The translations under genes were made by a program, and so were the position numbers. From NCBI GenBank assembly GCA_965116925.1, contig OZ220744.1, positions 1,728,001-1,792,000 on the forward strand: a DNA stretch of 64,000 nucleotides, read 5' to 3'. The stretch comes from Candidatus Poribacteria bacterium (GTDB lineage Bacteria; Poribacteria; WGA-4E; PCPOR2b). Below the pieces are notes generated by a model. That model made no database searches and was not told where the DNA came from. It saw only the letters and a list, made by a program, of their open reading frames with translations. Positions within the stretch are counted from its first letter, which is position 1. Every line of letters starts with the position of its first letter. Below are positions 29,368 through 39,424 of this stretch, piece after piece.

Positions 29368-30174
29368 CTACTGAGGACGTTGAATATTCTTCCACCAAGC
29401 ATCACCATCTTGGTCAATGCTCCTTAGCAATAGTTTCCCCAAGGAAGTCATATCATAACCTTGAGCCTTCAACATACCCGTTTTTTCATCAAATTCTGGC
29501 AATTCTTCCGGTCTTGGTTTTTCAAATCGGATTTGGAGCAGATCTAAACGGACAAGGTTTGCTTCGTAGGTTTTATAAATTGTGTGTTTATCAGCTTTTT
29601 CCTGCGGATCTCTATAGAGTACAATTGGTTCAGTCAGGGCACCTTGATGTTTTTTTTCAAATTCGTGCCTTTTAGCCCAAGCCATTGAGTGAGACTTTAA
29701 CATAAGCACTTCAACATCGTTTAGCTCACCAAGTAGAAACAGCAATTTTTTATACTGAATATGTTCTAAATCTTCATTTGTGAAACTATTTTTTAGCAAG
29801 GAAGCTATGTATTCAATTCGCTCTTCTGATAGTGCCCGAGCTGCTTGCATAAACCCGTCTTCCATCAAATCAATTGATTTCTCCTCAAGCATCCTTTTCT
29901 CTACTTTAACCTTCTCTTTTTCATCAACCTTTGATTCCAGAGTTTTGAGCAGGGAGAAAATTCTGTCAATCCTCTGATTTGGAATTAAGCTGCCAATTAT
30001 TTCGGCGAATATTGGTCCGTAAATAGGAATAGCACCAAGGCCGCCTTTTGCAAGAATTGCTATTATGTCCGTTGCTTTAGTGTCCATTAATTGTTCTTTA
30101 TAACTTTGCAGAATCGCCATCAGGCGATGTTCCTTATTATTTGTTTTATCGTGCATAGATAACCTTCTCATCAA
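29368..30174 (-). CDS. Hypothetical protein coupled to the R-M S-subunit gene
   Basis: AT-rich ORF overlapping the S-subunit stop; GAIPIYGPIFAE N-terminal helix; start uncertain. Confidence 0.75.
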   Translation of the reverse strand: MMRRLSMHDKTNNKEHRLMAILQSYKEQLMDTKATDIIAILAKGGLGAIPIYGPIFAEIIGSLIPNQRIDRIFSLLKTLESKVDEKEKVKVEKRMLEEKSIDLMEDGFMQAARALSEERIEYIASLLKNSFTNEDLEHIQYKKLLFLLGELNDVEVLMLKSHSMAWAKRHEFEKKHQGALTEPIVLYRDPQEKADKHTIYKTYEANLVRLDLLQIRFEKPRPEELPEFDEKTGMLKAQGYDMTSLGKLLLRSIDQDGDAWWKNIQRPQ

Positions 30175-31036
30175 GGAAGGTTAACGCTTCCTGCTCCAAC
30201 TTATAGGCTTCTGCCCTTTTCCGGTTGGCTTCCAAAACCTTGTCGTTTATTGTCTTTTGTGTGTTCGCATCATGCAATAAAGGGAGGGATATTGAGGCAA
30301 CTTGCTCAACATTAATTTCATCTACTACCGCACCGTAGATATGTCGAGTTATCAAAGGATACGCGTAATCGCTTGAAAGCCAAGCACAGAGATAACCAGC
30401 AATTTCATTATTTGCTGGTACGATACGGATGACATGTTCGTTTGGAATCCAGCCCTCCCAATGTTCGGGGACAATTGCAACTTTACCAACTGTTCCACTT
30501 CTTGTGATTAGTATTGAATTAGTGCGAATTTCTAAGTCCCCCATTATTTTCTTTTGATGCTGACCTTTTGAAAGATACTTTTTGTTACTTGGATCCAACT
30601 CGGATAGCTGTGCCCCACCAAAAAACACAACACCATTATCTTCTTCAACATAGACTCTTTTAAATCTGCTTGGCAGGATAACCGATTGGCTTATTCGACT
30701 GTTTTCAACGCTAAGTATTTCCCTAGCCCTTTTCGCTATTTCTTGTTCGATTGTTTTCACAATCGGAACGTGATAAGATCCATCCAATCGATTAGTTAGC
30801 TCGCTTGAAGGCACAGAATAATTCAGAACGCCGACAGTCTTGTCGAACTGTTCAGCTCGCTCCTGTAAATCTTCAATGTCGGGAAGTTGCAGGGCTTCTT
30901 TTAACAAGATTTGTACTTCATCCATTAGCTCATTAGATTCATCCCTTAAACTGAACGATTCTTCAATTAGGTTATGAATTACTTGTTTGAAGATAGAAGG
31001 GGGATTGGGAACAGGAATGTCGTTTAGGTGTTTGGA
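30146..31036 (-). pseudogene. R-M specificity (S) subunit, 5' part missing
   Basis: RLDGSYH, ILITRSGTVGKVAIV, NEHVIRI, YGAVVDEI TRD motifs; frame begins at the IS3 end. Confidence 0.88.
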
Positions 31037-31122
31037 TGAGCTTACCCCCATCCTTTAGACAGCGATGAATGGGATTTAAGATATAAAATCTGAGCAACGT
31101 GGTCCAGTGTAAACGCCTGATT

Positions 31123-31968
31123 TTACTGGAAATACACCTCGTGAGGTGTTCGATAGTTAAGTGCTTGATGAAACCGGTGTTGATTGTAAAAGTTGAAATA
31201 ATCTCTCAATCGACAACAAGCCGTAGTCACCGAATCATAGTCGTTGAGATAAACCTCCTCATACTTGACACTGCGCCAAAGCCGTTCAATGAAGATATTG
31301 TCAAAATAGCTACCTCTTCCGTCCCAACTGATGGCAATATCAGCGGCTTTGAGTCGATTAGTAAAGGCATCAGAAGTGAACTGACTGCCTTGGTCATTGT
31401 TGAATATCAAGGGTTTGGATTGGCTAAGGGCACGTTCGAGAGCCGATAGACAAAAGTATACGTCGAGTGAGTTTGACAGTTCCCACGACAACACATACCG
31501 GGAGAACCAATCCATAACCGCTACCAGATACACAAACCCACTGGTCAGGCGAATATAGGTGATATCCGTTGCCCAAACCTGATTGGGTCTAATGATACTT
31601 AGTCCCTTGAGTAAATAGGGATACGTTTTCGATGGGTTGCCCGTAGCTGAAGCTGTGGGTTTGGGATAGATAGCCGCTAATCCCATCTTCCGCATCAACC
31701 GTGCCACCCGTTTTGGGTTGATACTATAGCCTTCAGAACGCAACCATGCGGTCAATCGAGGCACGCCGTAAAACGGTGTTTTTGTGTACTGCTCATCTAT
31801 CAACCGCATGTAGCGTAGATTTTGTGCCGATTCGCCTATAGGCTGGTAATAGAACGAGGCTCTAGCCAAGCCTAACAGCTCACATTGTCTGACAACCGAA
31901 AGACCATGGCACGTCTTGTCAATCAACTGTCGTTTCTGTTCAACGGAAAGGTTGAGTTTTTTTTTCAA
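31123..31968 (-). CDS. IS3 transposase OrfB (rve integrase domain), expressed by -1 frameshift
   Basis: WATDITY, DQGSQF, DNIFIERLWRSVKYE; A9 slippery run at 31957-31965 (minus strand). Confidence 0.93.
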   Translation of the reverse strand: MKKKLNLSVEQKRQLIDKTCHGLSVVRQCELLGLARASFYYQPIGESAQNLRYMRLIDEQYTKTPFYGVPRLTAWLRSEGYSINPKRVARLMRKMGLAAIYPKPTASATGNPSKTYPYLLKGLSIIRPNQVWATDITYIRLTSGFVYLVAVMDWFSRYVLSWELSNSLDVYFCLSALERALSQSKPLIFNNDQGSQFTSDAFTNRLKAADIAISWDGRGSYFDNIFIERLWRSVKYEEVYLNDYDSVTTACCRLRDYFNFYNQHRFHQALNYRTPHEVYFQ

Positions 31969-32227
31969 GCCAGTCCAACTCCACCTTCAACTGACCGATT
32001 TGACGATACAGTTCTGCTACTAACTGGTCGGTGTCAGCCTCCGCTTTTGAGCGTCCGTTGGTAAACAATTGAGGTAATTGCTCAAGCACCTGTTTCTTCC
32101 ATTGGTTGACTTGAGTCGGGTGCACTCCATATGCACTGGCTATCTGAGCGACTGTTTGTTGATTTTTTATCGCTTCAATAGCCACCTGTGCTTTAAATTG
32201 ACTCGTGTACTGCTTTCTACGGGACAT
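31940..32227 (-). CDS. IS3 transposase OrfA (HTH)
   Basis: RKQYTSQFKAQVAIEA..GVHPTQVNQWKK..LYRQIGQLKVELDWL. Confidence 0.93.
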   Translation of the reverse strand: MSRRKQYTSQFKAQVAIEAIKNQQTVAQIASAYGVHPTQVNQWKKQVLEQLPQLFTNGRSKAEADTDQLVAELYRQIGQLKVELDWLEKKTQPFR

Positions 32228-32346
32228 GGGGGTGAAAACTCCTTTCTTTGTTAGGCGTTTCTGACCCATATTCTCGCACAGATGACGACTGTTTTATAGT
32301 CCAAAATATATCTTATTCAGGTGCCCAGGTTTTGGGGGTAATTACA

Positions 32347-33699
32347 CTCAATGGTGTTGGGATTTCTGATGCTATCTGCTTTTATATTCAAAGCATCTGC
32401 TAACTGTTTTTTGAGATCTGACTCCCATTCATGCGGTGGTAATAGCGAATCATTCCGATAGATATTACCACTCCCATCATTATTCATCACCATATTCATC
32501 TTTGTTGCCTTAACAAGATCAGGATTGATGTCAAAACCGTAGAAGTTTGATGCGGCGATTTCTTTAATTCGGTCTCTAACCGCGCTTTTTTCATGATCCA
32601 TCCATTCACTTTCTGGTTTTCCGAGATCTCTTTCAACTTCAGCTTTTAATTGTTCAATAACATGATTCATTGCCATGACCAAGAAACCGCCTGTGCCACA
32701 CGAAGTATCGCAGACCTTTTCATCCGGTTGTGGGTTAATCATTTCAACTGCCATACGCATTATATTTCTCGGCGTGAAAAATTCTCCTCTGTCACCTCTT
32801 AAATTCGCACCTACCAACTCCTCATACGCTTTGCCTTTTACATCTATATGGGTTTCAAGCAGGCTATAGGGTTGCAGCTCCGAGACAATCCACGCTAGCG
32901 ATCGAGGCTCCAATTCAATCTCATCACTCGCTGCAAAGATCTGTGGAAACTGCCTTTTCACTGTCTTGAAGATTTTAGAAATTCGATTTTTTACTGTTAA
33001 TTGCCCATCCTGATTGGAACGTTCCTTTGATGTTGCATAAAACTCAAGTGGTTTTCCTACATTCTGCTCATCAAGCGTTTTACAGAAAATAAGTTTTAAC
33101 AACTCAAAAAACGCAGGTTGTTTTTGCAAACCGTCAGTCGCATAGATATGATTATGGCAGGTTCTGAAAACCATCAAGAGGTTATCTTCATAGGCTTTTT
33201 TCAAGGTGTTGCGTTTTGGTCTGTCGACATCATTTAGAGAGCCATCGGCGGGGGGAATATCGTTGTATTCCTGAAATTCATAGTCCCCTGCGACCTTTAC
33301 CTTTCTGAGTACCTGCTTGTATTTACCATTTGTCCACATACCCCATTCGCAATTTGGACACACACTCATATAGGACACGAGTTGTCCGACACCATTTTTA
33401 TGTTTCGGTTCTACTTTTTCGCTCTTGCATTCAACAATTAGCTTAACATACTCTTGAGTAAATTCAGGACTATCTTTCGGAAAGATGACTATATCCGCAC
33501 GCGGCCGTCCTGAACCCGATTTAAGACCAAATTCTATTCTAATTTGTTCCGGCTGGTATTTGTGCTCGTTGACCAACCTTTTTTCTATTGTCTGGCGGAC
33601 ATACTCTTCCGGTGTATCATTCCGGATTGTGCCATCAATGTAGTCACGAATTTTGCCTTCTGGCACTCTTATGACTTGTCTTTCTGATTCTCGATTCAT
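32347..33699 (-). pseudogene. Fused restriction endonuclease / N6-adenine methyltransferase (Type IIB/IIG-like), 3'-truncated by IS3
   Basis: PEEYVRQ, RADIVIF..IVECK nuclease motif, RGEFFTPR, DTSCGTGGFL; frame ends before the NPPF catalytic motif. Confidence 0.9.
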
Positions 33700-33772
33700 A
33701 GGTACTCCTTATGTATCGGGCACTTTTTTGATTAAAGATTGGTTTAATCTGTCAAGTCTCAACTAAACCTAG

Positions 33773-34663
33773 CTATTTTTGGGGAGGCATTAGTGTGGAT
33801 ACGGCTTTCGTCAACTCTGCTTTGTCTTTTAAGAGGACGGATAATCTTTCAGACAGTTCGCCTAGAACAAGCCTAATAGTGCTAGCAAGTTCCAAACATT
33901 CCTCATCGGATAATTCATGCACACCCCGGCTGAGTGCATGGTGCAACAAACGCATTGGACTATGACCGTCAATTAATAGACTTTCTGGTATAGCATTCTT
34001 TGCCATGTTAAGGGCTGTACTGAATTGAGTTTCTTCGATCGCATTGGATAATGTATCGATTTTGTCTTGCGATGCACCAATTTTCTTAGATACTCTGATT
34101 ATTTCTTCTAGGATCCTATTTTTTTGGTTTTCCACTACCCGTCGATAGTAAGTAAAAGCACCGATACCAAGTCCCTGATTCTCACATCCACGCCCTTTTA
34201 AAAAAATATCCCTATCTGGACCAATCAATTTAATAAGTCTTGAAGGAACGGGTGGACCATAGGGTGGATATTCACCAAATTTATAACATATCCCATGAGA
34301 TTCTCCAACCATATTAATTGTCGCCGATAAAGAATATAGTTTTACTGTTTTTGTGCAATTGGCACATCGGTACGTAACATAAAAATAATAAACAGTGTTT
34401 GGTTCCCCAAGTCTTCCTTCATCTGAAACATTAATGCAACGAAAAAACCGATCTCCATTGCACGAATCATACGAACAGTGCAGCTCCAGCTCGGGCTTGT
34501 TGATGAACCAACGAATGGTAACGTATGGTTTTGCTACGGTTTTTTGTACGGCTAAATCTGATATATAGGCTAGCTGATTCGGAGGAGTGTTTTGTAGAAA
34601 CTCAGAAAAAGGCTGGTAGGTGACTTCTGTCTCTGCCTGTTCTTGTTTGTTGAGCTCGGTCAT
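33773..34663 (-). CDS. Hypothetical protein: Cys-rich N-terminus plus DUF4145/HEPN-like helical domain
   Basis: CSYDSC, CANC, GAFTYYRRVVE, LSRGVH; defence-island context. Confidence 0.6.
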   Translation of the reverse strand: MTELNKQEQAETEVTYQPFSEFLQNTPPNQLAYISDLAVQKTVAKPYVTIRWFINKPELELHCSYDSCNGDRFFRCINVSDEGRLGEPNTVYYFYVTYRCANCTKTVKLYSLSATINMVGESHGICYKFGEYPPYGPPVPSRLIKLIGPDRDIFLKGRGCENQGLGIGAFTYYRRVVENQKNRILEEIIRVSKKIGASQDKIDTLSNAIEETQFSTALNMAKNAIPESLLIDGHSPMRLLHHALSRGVHELSDEECLELASTIRLVLGELSERLSVLLKDKAELTKAVSTLMPPQK

Positions 34664-34698
34664 AGACGCTCCTGTGAAATAACTTCAGTTTATATAAC

Positions 34699-34843
34699 TA
34701 GGACTTACGCACTTGAACACTCAAAGGGACAGGCGGGCAACCACAAGGGTTGCTTCTACAGTCGATCTCAGGTTTATAGTCGGGCATGCCTATCAAGACG
34801 CGCAATGAATTGCGCTACTACAAACTGAACTGCGTAACTCCTC
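34699..34843. mobile_element. MITE (AGGACTTACGCA family)
   Basis: TAGGACTTACGCA...TGCGTAACTCCTC; 5-bp TSD ATAAC at 34694-34698 and 34844-34848; two REP hairpins inside. Confidence 0.82.
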
Positions 34844-34848
34844 ATAAC

Positions 34849-35130
34849 TTAATTATACCTTCGTTCCCAATCTATATCATTAAGGGTTTCAGCAGTTAAA
34901 GCTTGCTCAAAAAGCGCGTCAAGGCGGGCGAGACTCCGCAGTGACGAGATTCGCTGCACAACGGATTCGGGGATGGGGTCAAATCGAACCGTTAACAGTT
35001 TTTGGAGTGCATCGCGTTTGGCACGGATGATCCCCCGAGTTTCGCCACGGGCTTCGCCAATTTTTTTTCCTCGAGCTTCGCCCCGAGCTTCGCCTTGCTG
35101 TATCAGATATTCCGCCATTGTTTGTGCCAT
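34849..35130 (-). CDS. Putative intragenic small Rpn protein (RpnS-like, 93 aa, in frame)
   Basis: GAGGAGG-8nt-ATG inside rpn, starting MAQTMAEYLIQQGEARG. Confidence 0.6.
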   Translation of the reverse strand: MAQTMAEYLIQQGEARGEARGKKIGEARGETRGIIRAKRDALQKLLTVRFDPIPESVVQRISSLRSLARLDALFEQALTAETLNDIDWERRYN

Positions 35131-35958
35131 GGCTTGTGCCTCCTCTCTCTGTGAGATATCTGGGATACGTTCGGAAATCAACGATGTTAACACATCACCT
35201 TCCTCACGCGGCCGACGGTGTAGAATCAATAGATATAAATAGAAAATCAACTGCTCACGCAACCCCGCTCCAGTGCCTTCGGCATTTATGATATGCGACG
35301 ATGCTTCTATCAATGCCTCCCGAATCGCCTGATGTGAGGCGGTTTCCTGCTGCAGCACCGTCAGCAGCCAACCAAACGGGTGGTTGCTTCCCGTCAAATC
35401 CGAGACCGATGCAGTCTTCACATCAAGCAATAGTGTGTCAAATGTGGGAACGAACCGAGCCAATTCCGAAGGCACTTCCATCACAGTATTGAGTGTCACC
35501 GGGATATCCCATCGCCGCTCACCGGTATAGAACACTATCGGCAGAATCGGTCGAAACCGCCATTCCCGTTTCGGCACTTCGTTTGACACCCAGTCCCGCC
35601 GTTGTGCATCCCAAATCTGCATCATATAAAATAGGACCCGAAACCCCATCGACACATCTACCGTTGATTGATGCTCAATGAGGATATAAATCCAGAGGTC
35701 TGCTGTCTCCGAGTCGCCCCGAAAGGGTACGCTACACACCACGTCAGATTCCTGCTCCCGAAGGTTGTCAGAGATAAAACTGCGATTAATGTGTGTCAGT
35801 TGAGTGAAATCTAATCGGGCCACCAATTCACTGGAGACAATTTCTAATAACCCCCGGACAATCTCCGTATTTTCGAGGAGCCATCGTGCCCCCCGGTCAG
35901 CGAACTGTTCAATTGGAAAGTTGAAAACAGCGAGTCTTTCTAAGTCTTTAGGGGGCAT
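34849..35958 (-). CDS. Rpn-family recombination-promoting nuclease / putative transposase (PD-(D/E)XK)
   Basis: ESDVVCSV, YILIEHQS, ILPIVFYTG, C-terminal GEARG repeats. Confidence 0.92.
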   Translation of the reverse strand: MPPKDLERLAVFNFPIEQFADRGARWLLENTEIVRGLLEIVSSELVARLDFTQLTHINRSFISDNLREQESDVVCSVPFRGDSETADLWIYILIEHQSTVDVSMGFRVLFYMMQIWDAQRRDWVSNEVPKREWRFRPILPIVFYTGERRWDIPVTLNTVMEVPSELARFVPTFDTLLLDVKTASVSDLTGSNHPFGWLLTVLQQETASHQAIREALIEASSHIINAEGTGAGLREQLIFYLYLLILHRRPREEGDVLTSLISERIPDISQREEAQAMAQTMAEYLIQQGEARGEARGKKIGEARGETRGIIRAKRDALQKLLTVRFDPIPESVVQRISSLRSLARLDALFEQALTAETLNDIDWERRYN

Positions 35959-36087
35959 CGTTCCAACTTTCTTAATCAGCGTTCAACTGTGCTTAGAACA
36001 GCAGACAATGGTATTTTGATGGCTTTGATATAAGCCAAAAGTTTAGCACAATTCCGAAAAAAATTACAACGAAAAGTGCCAAGCTAA

Positions 36088-37350
36088 TTACGTCCGCAGC
36101 TGCCCATTCCCGTAGACGATGTACTTATAGCTCGTCAACCCTTCAAGCCCCATGGGGCCCCGGCAGTGCAGCTTTTGTGTGCTGATGCCTACCTCCGCAC
36201 CGAGTCCAAATTCGTAACCGTCGGTGAAGCAGGTGCTCGCATTGACATAAACCGCCGCGGAGTCAACCTCTTTGAGAAACCGTTGTGCGGTGGTGTAGTT
36301 CTCCGTCACAATCGTGTCCGAGTGGTGTGAGCCGTAGGTTTCGATATGTTCTACCGCTGCGTCGAAGTCCGAGACGATTCGGATGGATAGGATGTAATCG
36401 AGGTATTCCGTTCTCCAATCTTCCTCGGTGGCAGGAAGCAGATCTGGACATATCGCCCGCGTTTGCTCACAGCCACGCAGCTCAACCTCCTCGGCGACAA
36501 ATTTTTCGCACATTGACGGGAGAAAGTCAGGGGCGATTTCTTCGTGCACAAGCAGCGTCTCCATTGCGTTGCAGACGGCGACCTTGTAACCGCTCTTTGC
36601 GTTTATACAGATTTCCTCCGCCATCTCGGTATCGGCTGCCTGATCAACGTAGACATGACAGATTCCATCCGCATGACCGAGCACCGGAATCTCCGACTGC
36701 TTCATCAAGTAACGAACTAACTCGTAGCTTCCCCGCGGTACAATAAGATCGATCAGGTCAGGCAACGCAATCATTTCGTGGACAGCCTGCCGATCGGTAA
36801 TATCTACAAACTGAACGGCACCCGGTATCCCCTCTTTTTCAGCGGTCTCGCTCAATATATTAGCAAGTGCCGTGTTCGAGTGGATTGCCTCCGATCCACC
36901 GCGTAGAATAACACCGTTGCCGGACTTGATACACAAGGCAGAGACCTCGACCGTGACATCTGGACGCGATTCATAGATAACGCCCACCACGCCGATTGGG
37001 ACACTCACGCGCCCTATCTGTAGACCGTTGGGTCGCTCCCGGATGTGTGAAACCTCTCCGATGGGATCTGGCAACGCGGCAACCTGTCTTAAATTATCCG
37101 CCATCCGTGCAATCTTCTTCTCATCTAACTCTAGTCGCTGCATCAGCGGCTCAGCAAGCCCCGTCTTCTGCCCTTCCTCCAGATCGATTTGATTTGCTTC
37201 TTGGATCTTGCTCTTGAATGTTAGGACACTGTCCGCCATCGCTAGCAGTGCTCCGTTACGCACATCAACGGAAGTTTTGGACAGCGTGCGCTTGGCAGCT
37301 TTGGCAGTTTGGGCTTTTGAACGGATCATCTCCTGAATTGCTTGGCTCAT
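36088..37350 (-). CDS. proA: Gamma-glutamyl phosphate reductase
   Basis: IYESRPDVT, ILRGGSEA, CNAMETLLVH, NASTCFTDG, GISTQKLHCRGPMG. Confidence 0.97.
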   Translation of the reverse strand: MSQAIQEMIRSKAQTAKAAKRTLSKTSVDVRNGALLAMADSVLTFKSKIQEANQIDLEEGQKTGLAEPLMQRLELDEKKIARMADNLRQVAALPDPIGEVSHIRERPNGLQIGRVSVPIGVVGVIYESRPDVTVEVSALCIKSGNGVILRGGSEAIHSNTALANILSETAEKEGIPGAVQFVDITDRQAVHEMIALPDLIDLIVPRGSYELVRYLMKQSEIPVLGHADGICHVYVDQAADTEMAEEICINAKSGYKVAVCNAMETLLVHEEIAPDFLPSMCEKFVAEEVELRGCEQTRAICPDLLPATEEDWRTEYLDYILSIRIVSDFDAAVEHIETYGSHHSDTIVTENYTTAQRFLKEVDSAAVYVNASTCFTDGYEFGLGAEVGISTQKLHCRGPMGLEGLTSYKYIVYGNGQLRT

Positions 37351-37451
37351 AATATGTTTTTCTCCTAATCTAGTCGCTATATTAACCTTTAGTGCTAGTT
37401 GGTGGGACTATCCTTTTCGCCTCTTGATTTATTGGTTCACTTGTTCATTAT

Positions 37452-37533
37452 CGGTGCGGTTGGAAACCGCACCTACCGGGGGCGAATGAATCCACAAACA
37501 AATTGCTTTCACGCTTCACACATCACGTTTCAC
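37452..37533. repeat. REP hairpin (CGGTGCGGTTGGAAACCGCACCTACC) plus 7-mer array
   Basis: Same hairpin core as the MITE at 12569; GTTTCAC-type x4 at 37506-37533. Confidence 0.75.
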
Positions 37534-37540
37534 TCACGGA

Positions 37541-38029
37541 TTAGCCAGCGAACAAAAACCCTAGGTAAACGCCGACTCCAACTAAAATGATCGCTACGCC
37601 GATAACACCTATCACAAGTTTCCACGTCAAAGCGATTGGTCCTCCTTCCTGTTCCGATGTTTCCCAGAATACCCTCTCGTTTTCCCTTGCTTCTTCTTCC
37701 TCCTCTTGTTGCTTTCTGGTCTCCCCCGTGACGGGGACGGGTGCATCATCCGATTCTGTTTGAACGCTTGATTCATCTTGGTTCGTTTCTCCGTCCATAG
37801 TTTCCGTGGTTGCAGGTTGATCCGCTGCTATGGATGAAGAATCGGATTGCACATCTGATAATATGGCATTGGTTGAATCCATTGTGTTATCTGCCGCATC
37901 ACCCTGATCTGCCTCCGCTGTTTTTTCTTCAGATTCTTGCGACGTTGACTGTTTTCCTGACCACATTGCTTGACGTTGCTCTTTATATTTTTCCTGCAAC
38001 GCCTGTTTGTCTTTTTCATTCAGCTGCAC
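37541..38029 (-). CDS. Hypothetical acidic, disordered protein with C-terminal membrane anchor
   Basis: CAGGAGG RBS, GTG start, D/E/S/T-rich linker, single terminal TM. Confidence 0.75.
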   Translation of the reverse strand: MQLNEKDKQALQEKYKEQRQAMWSGKQSTSQESEEKTAEADQGDAADNTMDSTNAILSDVQSDSSSIAADQPATTETMDGETNQDESSVQTESDDAPVPVTGETRKQQEEEEEARENERVFWETSEQEGGPIALTWKLVIGVIGVAIILVGVGVYLGFLFAG

Positions 38030-38067
38030 AACGGTTACCTCCTGAGAATCACTCGCTTTACTCTCCG

Positions 38068-38451
38068 TTATTCGTCGGAGATTTTCTCGATCTTAACAAC
38101 AGTTCCATCCTTGACCTGTTTGAACGCCGTTGGCTCGCCGATCAGTTTACCGACAACATTGACCGGACTCGCGGGACGAATCTCCGCACCCCGACTCATC
38201 GGGGTGGGTCCAAAGAAGATACAGAACGCCGTGCCGGGGGGCCAATAGGCAAGTTCGCCTAATTCTACCACCTCTTGTGCATTATCTGTCTCCGCTTCTA
38301 CAGGGATGGAAAAGTAGATTTCGTCACCCCACGTATTCCCACGCTCCTCAATCGGGAGCACATCCCAAATCTGCTGTGCCGTTTGGGATTGATTCAACTC
38401 AGCTTCCATGACAACAGGTTCTGCGGTGATTCTTATCCGCTTCTCTGGCAT
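38068..38451 (-). CDS. Cyclophilin-like fold protein (DUF369/TM1367-like)
   Basis: WGDEIYF, GELAYWPPGTAFCIFFGPTP, PASPVNVVG; GGAGG RBS before 38451. Confidence 0.9.
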   Translation of the reverse strand: MPEKRIRITAEPVVMEAELNQSQTAQQIWDVLPIEERGNTWGDEIYFSIPVEAETDNAQEVVELGELAYWPPGTAFCIFFGPTPMSRGAEIRPASPVNVVGKLIGEPTAFKQVKDGTVVKIEKISDE

Positions 38452-38603
38452 GATATTCCTCCAAGATGGAACGGGGTGAAATCCCATTTGCTGTTGACTT
38501 ACAGGATACTTTTTGCGATAATAGGTATCCAGCAAGATTTAATTCTATCATAAGCCTATAAGGATTCTCAACACAAAAAATAGTTCACGCAGGAGGAAAC
38601 ATA

Positions 38604-39338
38604 ATGAGACTGAGGGACCGTGTTGCAATTGTAACAGGCGGTGGACAGGGAATTGGACGGGCAACCTGCCTGCTGCTTGCCAAAGAAGGTGCAAATATCG
38701 TTATTGCAGAATATAACCCGACTACAGCTGAAGCCGTGGGAAAGGAGATCGAAGGACTCGGTGTGCGGAGTCTTGTCCTCCAGACCGATGTCTCAGATGG
38801 CGAGTCTGTCCGTTCAATGGTAGATCAGACCCTCAATGCTTTTGGACGGATCGATATTTTGGTCAATAACGCCGGGATTTTTAGCTATACACAAATTGAG
38901 GAGTGCACCGAAGAGGAGTGGGACAGAATAATGGCGGTCAACCTCAAGGGACCGTTCCTCTGTTCACAAGCAGTTATCGATACAATGAAAAAACAGAAGT
39001 CCGGCAGAATTATCAGTCTCGGTTCCTTAGCGGGTCAGGTTGGCGGACTTGTTTCATCTGCACCGTACGCTGCTTCTAAAGCGGGTGTTATGTGTCTTAC
39101 AAAATCCCTAGCGCGTGCCCTCGGACCGCACAACATCACTGTCAATGCAATCGCTCCCGGTGTTGCTGCAACGGATATGACGACGAATCATCCCGATTTG
39201 ACTGCACAGATGGTACTTGGTCGAGTTGCCGAGCCGGTGGAAGTTGCGAATGCGATTCTGTTCCTTGCTTCCGATGAAGGTTCTTACGTGACAGGCTTCA
39301 CACTTAACGTCAACGGCGGGATGTTCATGTCGTCTTGA
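38604..39338 (+). CDS. SDR-family oxidoreductase (FabG-like)
   Basis: TGGGQGIG, NNAG, YAASK. Confidence 0.95.
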   Translation: MRLRDRVAIVTGGGQGIGRATCLLLAKEGANIVIAEYNPTTAEAVGKEIEGLGVRSLVLQTDVSDGESVRSMVDQTLNAFGRIDILVNNAGIFSYTQIEECTEEEWDRIMAVNLKGPFLCSQAVIDTMKKQKSGRIISLGSLAGQVGGLVSSAPYAASKAGVMCLTKSLARALGPHNITVNAIAPGVAATDMTTNHPDLTAQMVLGRVAEPVEVANAILFLASDEGSYVTGFTLNVNGGMFMSS

Positions 39339-39344
39339 AATCCC

Positions 39345-39373
39345 TTGAAAATCCACGCTGCTTCTGATACAAT
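39345..39373 (+). promoter_or_regulatory. Putative sigma70 promoter of dapL
   Basis: TTGAAA-17bp-TACAAT with TG extension. Confidence 0.55.
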
Positions 39374-39424
39374 CCCCGCAGCTTAAGAAATAGGATTTTG
39401 AAATTTTAGAAGTTAGGAGAAAAG

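Larger units (their letters stand above)
31037..32346 (-). mobile_element. IS3-family insertion sequence, 1310 bp
   Basis: TG...CA ends, imperfect TIR TGAGCTTACCCCCA / TGTAATTACCCCCA; orfA and orfB; no TSD. Confidence 0.9.
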
